Assembly (NCBI GenBank): GCA_963750165.1 | Contig: CAVVPN010000011.1 | Coordinates: 1,984,001 to 2,048,000 of the forward strand | From: an uncultured Gemmataceae bacterium | GTDB lineage: Bacteria; Planctomycetota; Planctomycetia; Gemmatales; Gemmataceae | Direction: 5' to 3' | Length of the DNA stretch: 64,000 nt | Shown: positions 30,174 through 41,401 of the stretch, piece by piece | Position numbering within the stretch: position 1 is the first letter of the stretch | How the letters are laid out: every line of letters starts with the position of its first letter | Translations under genes and position numbers: made by a program | Notes under the pieces: generated by a model | The model's input: only the letters and a program-made list of their open reading frames with translations | What the model was told of the DNA's origin: nothing | Database searches by the model: none

Positions 30174-31793
30174 TCACGCCGCCTCCCGCGCCGTGAAGCC
30201 GGGCGCCGCCCCCAGCAACTGGCGCGTCAGCCGTTCCGCGTAGGTCTGCTGGCGAAGGCGGGCGGCCATGTCGGGGCCGACTGGCGGCAGTCCCAGCGCT
30301 CTGCCGATCAGCCCGGGCAGGCCCATTCCCTGCGCGTAATATTCCTTGCGCCGCCACACAACCTCCGGTGGCAGCAGCGGGCCGCCGCCCACGCCTCGCA
30401 GTTGCTCGACCGCCCGGCGCAGGACGAATTTCTGCACGTCGGGCCGACCATCGGCCGGTGTTGGGTTGCCCATCTTCAGGACCGGGTCGATGCCAATGGC
30501 GTAGTCCACCAGCGGGGCGTACTGGAACGGCACCCGCGCCTCGACGCCGTGGGCCATGCAGCTCTTGTCCAGCCGGGCGTTGTTGTAGCGGTGCAGGCTG
30601 TCCAGCTGTTCGGCCTGCGCCTCCGCCAGCCGGCCCTCGCGCTGCTTGCGCTGGAAGTAGGAGTGGTAGCCCAGAAACAGTTCGTCGGCCCCCTCACCGC
30701 ACAGCAGCACCCGGTAGCCATCGCGCGCCACCGCCTGCGCCAGCAGGTACGTCACTACGGCCATGTCCGCCTGGATGGGATAGGACGACTCCAGGTGCCA
30801 CAGCGCCGCGTCCAGATGACGCCGGATCGCCGCCTCGTCCACATGCACCTCGCGGAAGCCGACGATGCGGTGCCCCTGGCGATGCAGATACTCGGCGACC
30901 GCACGGGCGTTCTGCGTCTCGGTCACGTCGGCGGCGCCGATCGAGTAGCACATCAGATCGACGTGCCGCGAGGCCAGCGCGGCGATGACGGATGAATCGA
31001 CGCCCCCCGACAGCGCCACAGCCACCGGCCGCTCGGAAACGATCTGGCGGGCAACGGCCTCCTCCAGCAGTGCGCCGACGCGCACCGTCGCGGCTTCCAG
31101 GCCGTCGCCGTGCGGGCGGGAATCCCGGTTGTGGAAGCGCTGATGCCGGGCCGTGGCCGAGCCGCTGGTCCAGGTGACTTCGATGAACTCGCCCGGCAGC
31201 ACGGCACTGACGCCCTCGACTTCCGTGCGGGCGGGGTCGTCGTACAGCGCCGCCGGGGTGTCCAGGTCCACGGGCCGGTGCCGGTCGCGGCCGTCGGGGC
31301 AGACGATCAGCAGGGCCTTGATCTCGGACGAGGCGGCGAACCACGACCCCGCGGCCGTGTAGTAGAGCGGCTTGATGCCCAGGTGGTCCCGGGCGATGAC
31401 GGCACGCTGGCGCGGGCGATCCACGATGGCCAGGCCGAAGTCGGCGTGCAGCCGGGCGAACAGACCGGTGCCCCATTCCTTGTAGCCGTGCAGGATGACT
31501 TCGGTGTCGCAGTCCGTGGCGAAGCGGTGGCCGCGCGCCTCCAGGGCAGCCCGGAGTTCACGGTCGTTCCACACCTCGCCGTTAAAGGAGATAGCCACGC
31601 CTGCGGCGGCATCGAGCATCGGTTGATGGCCGTGGTTCACGTCGCGGATGGCGAGCCGGACGTGGCCCAACCCAAAGGCGTCGGCGGTGAATGCGCCGCA
31701 GCCATCCGGGCCGCGGTGGCCGAGGATGGCGTTCATTTGATGGAGGAGGTCCGGGCGGCCGCGGCCGGACATGAGCAGATTGATCCCGCACAT
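30174..31793 (-). CDS. asnB: Asparagine synthetase (glutamine-hydrolysing)
   Basis: MCGI, HRGPD, GHVRLAI, FNGEV, DTEV, LSGGVDSS, GEGADELFLGY, EARVPF. Confidence 0.9.
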   Translation of the reverse strand: MCGINLLMSGRGRPDLLHQMNAILGHRGPDGCGAFTADAFGLGHVRLAIRDVNHGHQPMLDAAAGVAISFNGEVWNDRELRAALEARGHRFATDCDTEVILHGYKEWGTGLFARLHADFGLAIVDRPRQRAVIARDHLGIKPLYYTAAGSWFAASSEIKALLIVCPDGRDRHRPVDLDTPAALYDDPARTEVEGVSAVLPGEFIEVTWTSGSATARHQRFHNRDSRPHGDGLEAATVRVGALLEEAVARQIVSERPVAVALSGGVDSSVIAALASRHVDLMCYSIGAADVTETQNARAVAEYLHRQGHRIVGFREVHVDEAAIRRHLDAALWHLESSYPIQADMAVVTYLLAQAVARDGYRVLLCGEGADELFLGYHSYFQRKQREGRLAEAQAEQLDSLHRYNNARLDKSCMAHGVEARVPFQYAPLVDYAIGIDPVLKMGNPTPADGRPDVQKFVLRRAVEQLRGVGGGPLLPPEVVWRRKEYYAQGMGLPGLIGRALGLPPVGPDMAARLRQQTYAERLTRQLLGAAPGFTAREAA

Positions 31794-32025
31794 GAAGCAA
31801 CCTCGGGCTATTCGCTACGCGGTGAGGACAAAGCCGTGTGCCGGCCCTCTTCAATTCATGAGGGCTACCCTGAATAGATACACAAACTTGATCGGCAAAG
31901 GAAACCCGAGAATTGACGAAAAGCTTCAAACTGGCGCATGAAGAAAAGCAAGGAGAGTGTGGGTGGCGACGGTGAATTCGAGAATTCCGCTGCCCACTGC
32001 GGCGCGCACGATGGGTTGAGCGAAT

Positions 32026-32041
32026 TGCAAACGCCATGCCC
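32026..32041 (-). promoter_or_regulatory. Putative sigma-54 promoter upstream of asnB
   Basis: Minus strand GGGCATGGCGTTTGCA = GG-N10-GC, about 230 bp upstream of the ATG. Confidence 0.45.
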
Positions 32042-32142
32042 GAGTGGCGGCCCTGAATTCGCCTCCCCATCTTCTTGCCCGCGGGGGACGTTTCGGGGTA
32101 AGATAAAAAACCTGGATGACGTACCCGCCTGGAAGAGCAATC

Positions 32143-33590
<1,448 letters not shown>

Positions 33591-33649
33591 GAGGAATTCA
33601 CCACAGAGAGCGCAGAGAGCGCAGAGAAAAGACAAAGAATTGTTTTTTC

Positions 33650-35156
33650 GACACTTTAGCATCAACAGTGGCCCGAATCAGGATCGGAGCGAGCGTGGTG
33701 CAGGGTTTTCAGAGTCCGAGCGCGTTGGCCAGCGCAGTTCGCGGTTCATGTCCAAGGCCAGGCGCTGGTCCAAGTGCTGCTTGGTCCGCACTCCGTAGAT
33801 GCTCTTCTGCGCCTTGCGGAAACGCCGATTGGCCCGCTCTACCGCGTTGCTTGTCGATCCCAACAAACGGTCATCCAAAAACAGCAGCGCCTTGGCCAAA
33901 CCGGGACTATTCAACTCCCGCAAGGCACGCGCCAGGCGCTTGAACCGCCGCACCCGTTGCCGCAATTTCAGCAGACGCCACAGCGCTGTCACTCGCCGGC
34001 AACGGCGGTCGAACAAGCGGTATACTTCGTCCATGATGTCACGCAAGACACGTAGGTGCGGCTGGCCGCGCAGTCAGGCGCTTCAGCAGTTGCTTCTGGG
34101 CCGCGCTGAGGTGATGTCGCACGAACAAGTGACGGTGCTCGAACAGGTCCGCGACGCGCTGCTGCAACCGCTGGCTCCGCCGCGCCTGGGCTTGGTCCTG
34201 TTGGCGGGGTCGGCCGCGCCGCTGCTTGGGGATCGTGGCCTTGATCTGCTTGCGCAACTTGGCCAGCGCCCGCAGTACCGCCTTGGTGATCTCCTTGAGG
34301 ATGTGGAAGCGGCAACGCTGGTGCGGGACAGCAGGCCACAACTCCTTGAGCACCTTGGGATAAAGCGGCGACCCGTCCGTGGTGATGCCGCGCACGGCCA
34401 GGCCGCGTTGCTGCAACTGCGCCTGGAAGTCCGTGAGGAAAACGCGGACGTCGTCCTGCGTCGGGTCGTGTTCGAGGACGCGGACGGCCAGCCGGTGGTA
34501 GCGGCGGTTATCCACCACGCTGAGGATGCAGTGCGGGCCATCGTAGACTTCGTCGATGGCCAGGTAACCGGAGAAGTCAGCCAGGGCCTCGTCGAGATAG
34601 GTGCTGGACAGGCCGGCCACCTTTTTTTTCCCCAGCCGCCTCGACCCAGTTCTGGATGGTGGCGTAGGGGACGAAGACGCGGTGGTCGCGCCAGAGATGC
34701 CAGGAGGCGGCCTGGTAGGGCAGCCCATCCTCGGCCACCAGGCGGACGGCCAACTCCTGGACGCGGCGGGTGTAGTGGCACTTGGGCCAGGCCAGGTCGG
34801 AGAGCTCGACGGCGAAGTAGCAGTCACAGTGGGGGCAGTGATGTTTGGAGTAGGTGACGCTGAGGTCGATGGGGCGGCCGACGCGCGGGTCGCCCAGGTC
34901 GTGCAAGGTGCGGACGTCAATGCTGTAGCGGCCGGCGCGGGCACCACAATGGGGGCAGCGGCGTGCGCGGTAGTTACGGCTGCGGCGTTCGCGGCGCGGC
35001 TTGGGGAGGTCTTCGGGCGAGGAAATGCCCTCGGTGACGTCCGGGACGTACTCGCCTGGTCCGAACATGGCTGTGCCCTCCACACCCAAATGCCCCCCCT
35101 ATATTCATTTTACGCCTGGTCGGGCCGGATTCGGTCACCGGCTATGCTAAAGTCTC
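33650..35156 (-). mobile_element. Insertion sequence, 1507 bp, IS256/ISL3-like DDE type
   Basis: Imperfect TIRs GACACTTTAGCAT.../GAGACTTTAGCAT...; 8-bp direct repeat GTTTTTTC at 33642-33649 and 35157-35164. Confidence 0.9.
33678..35068 (-). CDS. Transposase split over three frames (A8 run 34622-34629; shift near 34074)
   Basis: N-terminal CPHC...CPHC zinc finger, then IDEVYDG, TTDGSPLY, QRCRFH (CxxH) and TSNAVERANRRFRK. Confidence 0.85.
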
Positions 35157-35219
35157 GTTTTTTCCCACTTTTTGTCTTTTCTCTGCGCTCTCTGCGTTCT
35201 CTGTGGTGAATTCTCTTTT

Positions 35220-36104
35220 TTAATACGGCAAGTCCTTCAGCGCCTCGCCGAACTCCGCCGCCGACTGGAAGCGCAGTTTCGGCTCGCGCTCGACTGCCTT
35301 CATCAGAAACTGCGCAATGCGCAGGTCGAGGTCTTTCTTGAAGTCGCGCGGGTCGCGCTGCTGCGTGTTCATGTGGCTGAGCAGCGTCTGCATCGACTCG
35401 GCCTTCTCCCACGGCAACGTCCCGGTGTACATCTCGTAGGCGGTTACGCCCAGTGCGAACAGATCGACGCGGTGGTCCGTCGTCGTCCGCTTGATGAGTT
35501 CCGGGGCGAGGTAGTTCGGCGTACCAGTGCGGTTGCCCGGCTTGCAGAACTCCGGCGTGTATGGGATCGTCAGGCCGAAGTCGATGATCTTGACCACGTC
35601 TTCCTTGGTCACCATGATGTTGCGCGGGCACAGGTCGCGGTGCAGGTACTTCTGCTTGTGGACGTACTCGACGCCGGCCGCAATCTGCGCCAGCAGGTCG
35701 AGGCGCTTCTTTTCCAGCTGCGGGCTCCTGGTTTCGATCAGGAAATTCAGGCCCATGCCGTCGATCAGCTCCATGACCAGGTACTGCTCGCCCTTGGTGG
35801 TCAGGCCGTACTCGAAGGTCTGCACGATATTGCGGTGCCGCAGCGACGTGCAGATGGCGCCCTCCATCGGCCGCTTCATGCCCGGGAAGCGAGCCTCGAA
35901 CTTGGCGGTCTTTTCCTTGTCGAGCAGTTTCAGGCAAACGGTGCGGCCCAGCTGCTTGTCGCGGGCGCGCCAGACCTTGGACATGCTGCCCTGACCGGTG
36001 CGGCCGAGCAGGTCGAAGCGCTTCTCGACGTTGATGCGCGGCAGTTTCGTCTTGCCGCCACCGCCGCTCGCGAAGAGGCCCTTGAGACTGTCGAGGAATC
36101 CCAC
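35220..36104 (-). CDS. Serine/threonine protein kinase
   Basis: GQGSMSKV, CLK, HRDLCPRN, DFG, GTPNYLAPE, DLFALG. Confidence 0.95.
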   Translation of the reverse strand: MGFLDSLKGLFASGGGGKTKLPRINVEKRFDLLGRTGQGSMSKVWRARDKQLGRTVCLKLLDKEKTAKFEARFPGMKRPMEGAICTSLRHRNIVQTFEYGLTTKGEQYLVMELIDGMGLNFLIETRSPQLEKKRLDLLAQIAAGVEYVHKQKYLHRDLCPRNIMVTKEDVVKIIDFGLTIPYTPEFCKPGNRTGTPNYLAPELIKRTTTDHRVDLFALGVTAYEMYTGTLPWEKAESMQTLLSHMNTQQRDPRDFKKDLDLRIAQFLMKAVEREPKLRFQSAAEFGEALKDLPY

Positions 36105-36152
36105 GGTTGCTTCCCTCAGGGAATGTCAGGCCCGACGCCTTCGGCGGCGCGG

Positions 36153-36971
36153 TTAATGCTCACAGTAGTCGATGATCCGGGCCAGTTCCGTCCGCAGGTC
36201 CTTGCGCGGCACGATGCGATCCACGAATCCGTGTTTCAGCAAAAATTCGCTGGTCTGGAAGCCATCGGGCAGTTCGAGCCGCACAGTGTTCCAGATGGTG
36301 CGCTTGCCGGCGAAGCCAATCAGCGCCCCCGGCTCGGCGAGGGTCAGGTCGCCCTGCAGCGCGAAGCTGGCGGCGACACCGCCCATGGTCGGGTTGGTCA
36401 GCACCGAGACGTACAGCCCGCCGGCCTGGTCGTAGCGCGCCAGCGCCGCCGACACCTTGGCCATCTGCATCAGCGACAGGATGCCTTCCTGCATACGGGC
36501 GCCGCCACCGGAGCCGCTGACGATGATGAGCGGCAACTGGCGCTGCGTCGCCTCCTCGGCGGCGCGGGTCAGCTTCTCGCCGACCACCGAGCCCATGCTG
36601 CCGGCCATGAAGGCGAAGTCGGTGACCCCGAAGACCACCGGCCGGCCGCGGATGTGGCCCTTGCCAACCACGGCCGCGTCGAGCATGCCCGTCTTGGCCT
36701 GTTCGAGCTTGAGGCGCTCGGCGTAACTGATGCGATCCTTGAATTCCAGCGGGTCGCGCGGCCGCAGGTCGGTGAACCATTCCTCGAAACTCTCCTCGTC
36801 GAGCAGTTGCTTGATGCGCTCGCGGGCTGGGAGGTAGAAGTGATGGTCGCACTCGGGGCAGACGCTGAGCCGCCTTTCCATTTCCTTGCGGAAGATGGTC
36901 GCCTTGCACTGGGGGCAGCGAATCCACAGCCCTTCCGGCACGCCCCGATTTGGCCTTCCTGCCGTTGCCAT
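36153..36971 (-). CDS. accD: Acetyl-CoA carboxylase carboxyltransferase beta subunit
   Basis: GLWIRCPQC...[34 protein letters not shown]. Confidence 0.96.
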   Translation of the reverse strand: MATAGRPNRGVPEGLWIRCPQCKATIFRKEMERRLSVCPECDHHFYLPARERIKQLLDEESFEEWFTDLRPRDPLEFKDRISYAERLKLEQAKTGMLDAAVVGKGHIRGRPVVFGVTDFAFMAGSMGSVVGEKLTRAAEEATQRQLPLIIVSGSGGGARMQEGILSLMQMAKVSAALARYDQAGGLYVSVLTNPTMGGVAASFALQGDLTLAEPGALIGFAGKRTIWNTVRLELPDGFQTSEFLLKHGFVDRIVPRKDLRTELARIIDYCEH

Positions 36972-37065
36972 GGCCTTCCGGCTCTCGTTTGGTATCGTTC
37001 CCATTGGAATATGGTGTATATCTCAACCGAGCCGGGCGGCCCCGTCAAGGGGAAATGCCCGTAGA

Positions 37066-37125
37066 GTGGGCGGGGTCGCGTCAGCGCCCCGTGCGCGTCC
37101 ACGGGGCGCTGACGCGACCCCGCTC
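37066..37125. repeat. REP doublet GTGGGCGGGGTCGCGTCAGCGCCCCG...CGGGGCGCTGACGCGACCCCGC
   Basis: Long inverted repeat between pgk and accD. Confidence 0.8.
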
Positions 37126-37134
37126 GAACAAGCC

Positions 37135-38325
37135 TCATTTCTCATCAATCTGCGCCAGCGCCGCGAACGGCGTGCCCTCGACGTACTCCAGGAACGCACC
37201 GCCGCCGGTGGAGACGTGCGTCATCTTGCCGTCGAGCCCGAATTCCTCGACCGCCTCAGCCGTCTCGCCGCCGCCGACGATGGTCGTCGCCTGCGACTGG
37301 GCCAGCGCCTCGGCCAGGGCGCGCGTGCCCTTGCTGTAAGGCGCGTCCTCGTATTTGCCCAGCGGCCCGTTCCAGACGACCGTGCCCGCCTGCGCCACCG
37401 CGGCGGTGTACAGCGCGATCGTCTTCGGGCCGATGTCCACGCCGATCCGGCCCTCGGGGATGTCGCCCTCGACCACCTGCGCGGTCTGCGGCGCGTCGAT
37501 CTTCTCGACAACCAGGTGATCGACCGGCAGCACGATCTTGCCCTGGCCGAGCTGGAGCAGTTCGCGGGCCACATCGAGCTTGTCGGCCTCGACCCTGGAG
37601 CCGCCGACGCCCTGGCCCTGCGCCTTCATGAAGGTGTACGTCATGGCGCCGCCGATCAGCGTTTGATCGACGATGCTGAGCAGTTTCTTGAGGAAGCCGA
37701 TCTTATCGGACACCTTGGCGCCGCCCATGATGCCGACCAGCGGCCGCCGTGGGGCCGACAGCAGCCGGTCGAGAATGTCCAGTTCCTTCGCCACGAGGAG
37801 GCCGACAGCGCGCGGCTTGCCGTGCATGGCGGCCGGCACCGCGACCATCGAGGCGTCGCTGCGGTGGCAGGTGCCGAAGGCGTCGTTGACGTACACGTCC
37901 GCCAGCTTCGCCAGCTGGGCCGCGAACCCGGCGTCGCCGGCCTGTTCGCCGGGGTGGAAACGGAGGTTTTCCAGCACCAGCACCTCGCCGGGCCTGAGCG
38001 CCGCGGCTGCCTGTTCGACCTGCGGCCCGACGACCGCATCGACCTTGTGGACCGGCTTGCCGAGCAGTTCGCCGAGGCGTTGCGCCGCGTGATCCATCCT
38101 GAACGGAGCGTCTTTTTTGGGGTCGCCCTTGGGCCGGCCGAGGTGGCTCATGACGATGACCGCAGCACCAGCGTCGAGCAGCTGTTTCAGCGTCGGCAGC
38201 GCGGCGCGAATGCGGCGGTCGTTGGTGATGTTGCCGGCGGCGTCGAGCGGCACGTTGAAATCGACACGCACCAGCACGCGCTGGCCCCGCAGGTCGGGCA
38301 AATCAGCGAGGGTCTTCTTGGCCAT
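37135..38325 (-). CDS. pgk: Phosphoglycerate kinase
   Basis: RVDFNVP, SHLGRP, LENLRF, NDAFGTCHR, GGAKVSDK, HVSTGGGAFLE. Confidence 0.98.
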   Translation of the reverse strand: MAKKTLADLPDLRGQRVLVRVDFNVPLDAAGNITNDRRIRAALPTLKQLLDAGAAVIVMSHLGRPKGDPKKDAPFRMDHAAQRLGELLGKPVHKVDAVVGPQVEQAAAALRPGEVLVLENLRFHPGEQAGDAGFAAQLAKLADVYVNDAFGTCHRSDASMVAVPAAMHGKPRAVGLLVAKELDILDRLLSAPRRPLVGIMGGAKVSDKIGFLKKLLSIVDQTLIGGAMTYTFMKAQGQGVGGSRVEADKLDVARELLQLGQGKIVLPVDHLVVEKIDAPQTAQVVEGDIPEGRIGVDIGPKTIALYTAAVAQAGTVVWNGPLGKYEDAPYSKGTRALAEALAQSQATTIVGGGETAEAVEEFGLDGKMTHVSTGGGAFLEYVEGTPFAALAQIDEK

Positions 38326-38342
38326 GATGCTTCTCCCTTCTG

Positions 38343-38422
38343 GTCCGAGCCGGAGCGCCAGTCCGAGCCCGAGCGCCAGCGCGGGTTAGGCGCCTAACCC
38401 GCGCTGGCGCTCGGGCTCCGAC
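38343..38422. repeat. REP palindrome, TCCGAGCCCGAGCGCCAGCG family, with a partial tandem duplication
   Basis: Matches 18998 and 63920. Confidence 0.85.
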
Positions 38423-38619
38423 CGACCACAATAATGCAAGGTGTTGCCAGATTCGCGCTCTTCCTGCGATTCCAGGCATGAATAGGCGCCCAGGGCGCTC
38501 GTGTCAAGCAGGGCGCCGCGGCAGGCCCACCTATTGAAACCTTGTGGGACGGTTCGCTGAACCGATACAATGCCGCGAACAGGAGACCACCGAGATCGCA
38601 ACCGCAAAGGAGCACGTCG

Positions 38620-39240
38620 ATGGGCACACGTCTACTGATTCTGCTGTTGGGGTTGGTCGCGCTGCCGGGCCTGGGCTGGGCCGGGGGCGAAAAGACCCTG
38701 GTGGTGGAGAAGTTCGACGGCACCGGCCCCCGGTTGGGCAGCAGCTGGGAGACCTATCACGATGACAACAACCTCGGCACCAGGGTAAACCCCTTCGTCG
38801 TGGTGAAAGACGGCAATCCCAGGGGGGCGAAGGGGCACGGTCGCTTTTCCGGCCATGTGGGCAAGAGCAAGGAGCCGTGGCCCTGGGCGTCACTGGACCT
38901 GGCGTTCAACGACGACGGGCCGAAGGATCTGTCCGGCTACACGCACCTGCGCTTCTGGGCGAAGGGCGACGGCAAGAAGTATCGTGTCCGCCTCGGGCGC
39001 GTGGCGGTCGAGGATTATTGCGACCCCGAATTCGTGTTCGTGGCGCCGAAGGAGTGGACGCGGATCGTTGCGCCGCTGGCCAAATTCGCCCAGCCCAAGT
39101 GGGGCAAGCAGGTCAAGCCCGGCTTCAAGGACGTGACGCGAATGGGCTTCCTGGCGCTGGCCCCGGGCGATGACGAGGACTTCGATTTGCGCTTCACCGA
39201 GGTGGAATTCATCGCGGCAGCGCCGGCGAAGAAGCAGTAA
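38620..39240 (+). CDS. Secreted CIA30/carbohydrate-binding domain protein
   Basis: Signal peptide; DLSGYTHLRFWAKGDGKKYRV...WTRIVAPLAKF. Confidence 0.8.
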   Translation: MGTRLLILLLGLVALPGLGWAGGEKTLVVEKFDGTGPRLGSSWETYHDDNNLGTRVNPFVVVKDGNPRGAKGHGRFSGHVGKSKEPWPWASLDLAFNDDGPKDLSGYTHLRFWAKGDGKKYRVRLGRVAVEDYCDPEFVFVAPKEWTRIVAPLAKFAQPKWGKQVKPGFKDVTRMGFLALAPGDDEDFDLRFTEVEFIAAAPAKKQ

Positions 39241-39487
39241 CGGGAGACACAGCACCCGGGGGGCCGGGAGGCCAGTGACACAGGGGTGTCACCGGTGCCC
39301 CGCCCCTTTCGGTGAATTTCTCGTTGACGGCGCGCACGGCGGCGGCCATGATAGCACCGGTTTTTACTTCCTCTGACAGCCCAACGTATGGGACGCTCAC
39401 CAACCGCCAGGGAGCCACCTCCCCCTCCCGCGGCCATGCTTCCCGGTGATGTCCTGCGGGCGTCCTTTCAGGAAGAAGTGGTGGCCC

Positions 39488-40561
39488 ATGTCCAGAACCG
39501 GTTCGTTCCTCCGGCAGTCGCGCGCCTTCACGCTCATTGAACTGCTGGTGGTGATCGCCATCATCGCCATTTTGATTGGCCTGCTCCTGCCCGCCGTCCA
39601 GAAGGTCCGCGAGGCCGCGGCCCGCGCCACCTGCCAGAACCAGTTGAAGCAACTGGCCCTGGCCGTCAACACCTACGAGAGTAATTACAAGGCGTACCCG
39701 CGCGGCGACGCCCTGAGTTCGTCCAGCTTTTCCACGGGCGACAACGGGGCCAGCTGGCTGTTCCTGGTGCTGCCGTACATGGAGCAGGACACCCTGTACA
39801 ACCAGGTCCGGGCGTCCGGCAGCCTGGCGAACGCGATCAACCAGGGCATCCTGCCGCACCTGCTGCCGTTCGCGCGCTGCCCCAGCGACGGCTGGAATCC
39901 GGACAACGCTTACCTGTGTAACTACGTCGGCTCGTCCGGGCCGCAGTGCAACAACACACCCTCGGGCAACTGCGACACGCCGATCTTTCAGAAATACTGC
40001 AACGGCGCCAACCAGAACTCGACCGGTCCGTCGGTGCCGCCGACGCTGAGCCCGCGGACCTACCCCGGCTACGACGCCAGCGCCAGCTGGGGCGACACCA
40101 GCGACGCCCATTTGCTGCGGGGCATGTTCTGCCGCGGCGGCGCCCTCATCCGCGTCAACGACGTGCGTGACGGCACGTCCAACACCATCCTGCTGGGCGA
40201 AATCCTGCCCGAGCTGTCCGAGTTCCAGCGCTACACTACTTACGGATGGGCGGGCAGCAACAATGTCTCGCAGGGCCAGACCATCCAGCCGATCAACTGG
40301 CCCATCGACCCCATTCCGCTGCCCGGCCCGGCCAACTACTCGGCCGATTGCCAGCAGACCGGGTCCGGAGCGTGCCCGAGCGGGCCGACGCACTGCATGT
40401 GGAACTGGCACGTCACCTGGGGCTTCCACTCCCGCCACCAGGGCGGCGCCAACTTCGCCTTCGCGGACGGCTCCGTCCACTTCCTCTCCGACAGCATCGA
40501 CCACCAGACGTACCAGTACCTTGGCTGCCGCAACGATGGCCAACCGGTCACCCTGCCGTAA
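39488..40561 (+). CDS. DUF1559 prepilin-type N-terminal protein
   Basis: AFTLIELLVVIAIIAILIGLLLPAVQKVREAA, CPSD, DGTSNT, HQGGANFAFADGSV. Confidence 0.95.
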   Translation: MSRTGSFLRQSRAFTLIELLVVIAIIAILIGLLLPAVQKVREAAARATCQNQLKQLALAVNTYESNYKAYPRGDALSSSSFSTGDNGASWLFLVLPYMEQDTLYNQVRASGSLANAINQGILPHLLPFARCPSDGWNPDNAYLCNYVGSSGPQCNNTPSGNCDTPIFQKYCNGANQNSTGPSVPPTLSPRTYPGYDASASWGDTSDAHLLRGMFCRGGALIRVNDVRDGTSNTILLGEILPELSEFQRYTTYGWAGSNNVSQGQTIQPINWPIDPIPLPGPANYSADCQQTGSGACPSGPTHCMWNWHVTWGFHSRHQGGANFAFADGSVHFLSDSIDHQTYQYLGCRNDGQPVTLP

Positions 40562-40581
40562 CAGCCCTCTCGGAGCATACG

Positions 40582-41049
40582 ATGTTGCACGTCCGCGTCT
40601 GGCTGCTGCTGCTGACCACCGCCGGGACCGTTCTGCTGACGACTGGCTGTGGGCAGCAGCAGCCCGTCTCCGTCCCTGTCAAGGGTATCCTCACCGTTGA
40701 TGGTAAACCACTCGCCAACGCCAACGTGCAGTTCCACGCCCAGGATCCCGGAGGCCAGGACGCCTACGGCACCACGAACGCCGAGGGTCGCTTTGAGCTG
40801 GCCAGCGGGCGCAGGCACGCCGCGGGGGCGCTGCCCGGCCGCTATAAAATCACCGTCACCTACTCCGCGCCCGTCGAGGCGGCCGCAGACCTGAAGACCG
40901 CGGCGGACGTGCAGAAGGCCGGAGTGTCCAGGAAACCGGGCCTGGTTCTGCCTGAGATTTACACGCAGCCCAACCAGACGGTGCTGAAGCACACGGTGCC
41001 GGACGACGGGGACGTGAAGCTGGAGTTGAAGAGCAAGTCAGGCAGTTGA
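40582..41049 (+). CDS. Lipoprotein with carboxypeptidase-regulatory-like domain (DUF1559 partner)
   Basis: Lipobox TTGC; VKGILTVDGKPL...GTTNAEGRF...GRYKITV. Confidence 0.85.
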   Translation: MLHVRVWLLLLTTAGTVLLTTGCGQQQPVSVPVKGILTVDGKPLANANVQFHAQDPGGQDAYGTTNAEGRFELASGRRHAAGALPGRYKITVTYSAPVEAAADLKTAADVQKAGVSRKPGLVLPEIYTQPNQTVLKHTVPDDGDVKLELKSKSGS

Positions 41050-41077
41050 GCCCAGCACCTGGCGGAAAGTCGATTGG

Positions 41078-41401
41078 ATGGTAGAACTCCCAAACGCCTC
41101 GAATTTCCACTGTGCGCTGCGCACGAACCTGTCCCGGCAACAGGTCGCGGAGCTATTTCGGCCGCTGGCGACAACGATCCGCAAGTGCGCGTGGGATGAA
41201 TACGAGGTGCATTGTCCCTGGGCCGAATTGATCGTCGAGGCCGAGTCGCCCGTCCTCCTGCACGGCGCCGTGGCAGACGTGCTCGCAAACGCCGCCCGCC
41301 TCCTGGCTCCGCTGCAAGAGGCCGGGGTCGTCTACACGGCGGAATGCTACGACGAGGACGGTGAGCTGCTACGGGAGTTTTGCTCCCAGGAAGGAGTGTG
41401 A
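41078..41401 (+). CDS. Hypothetical protein
   Basis: 107-aa ORF whose stop overlaps the GTG of the LRR gene. Confidence 0.6.
   Translation: MVELPNASNFHCALRTNLSRQQVAELFRPLATTIRKCAWDEYEVHCPWAELIVEAESPVLLHGAVADVLANAARLLAPLQEAGVVYTAECYDEDGELLREFCSQEGV

Larger units (their letters stand above)
33594..35213. mobile_element. 9-bp-unit hairpin element (CRCAGAGAG units) split by an IS insertion
   Basis: Arms 33594-33636 and 35171-35213 are 42/43 complementary (GAATTCACCACAGAGAGCGCAGAGAGCGCAGAGAAAAGACAAA). Confidence 0.8.

Noticed and set aside
29398..31793. asnB plus acyltransferase as a lasso peptide/RiPP cluster
   Set aside because: The genes are convergent, AsnB keeps its N-terminal Cys glutaminase, and no precursor, RRE or peptidase is nearby.
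33594..35213. The 43-bp arms as the terminal inverted repeats of the IS
   Set aside because: The real TIRs and the 8-bp target duplication lie inside them (33650-35156).
38435..38452. Sigma-54-like motifs upstream of pgk (TGGCAACACCTTGCA) and near 58680 (TGGCCAATGCTTGCA)
   Set aside because: The GG-GC spacing is 9 nt, not the obligatory 10.
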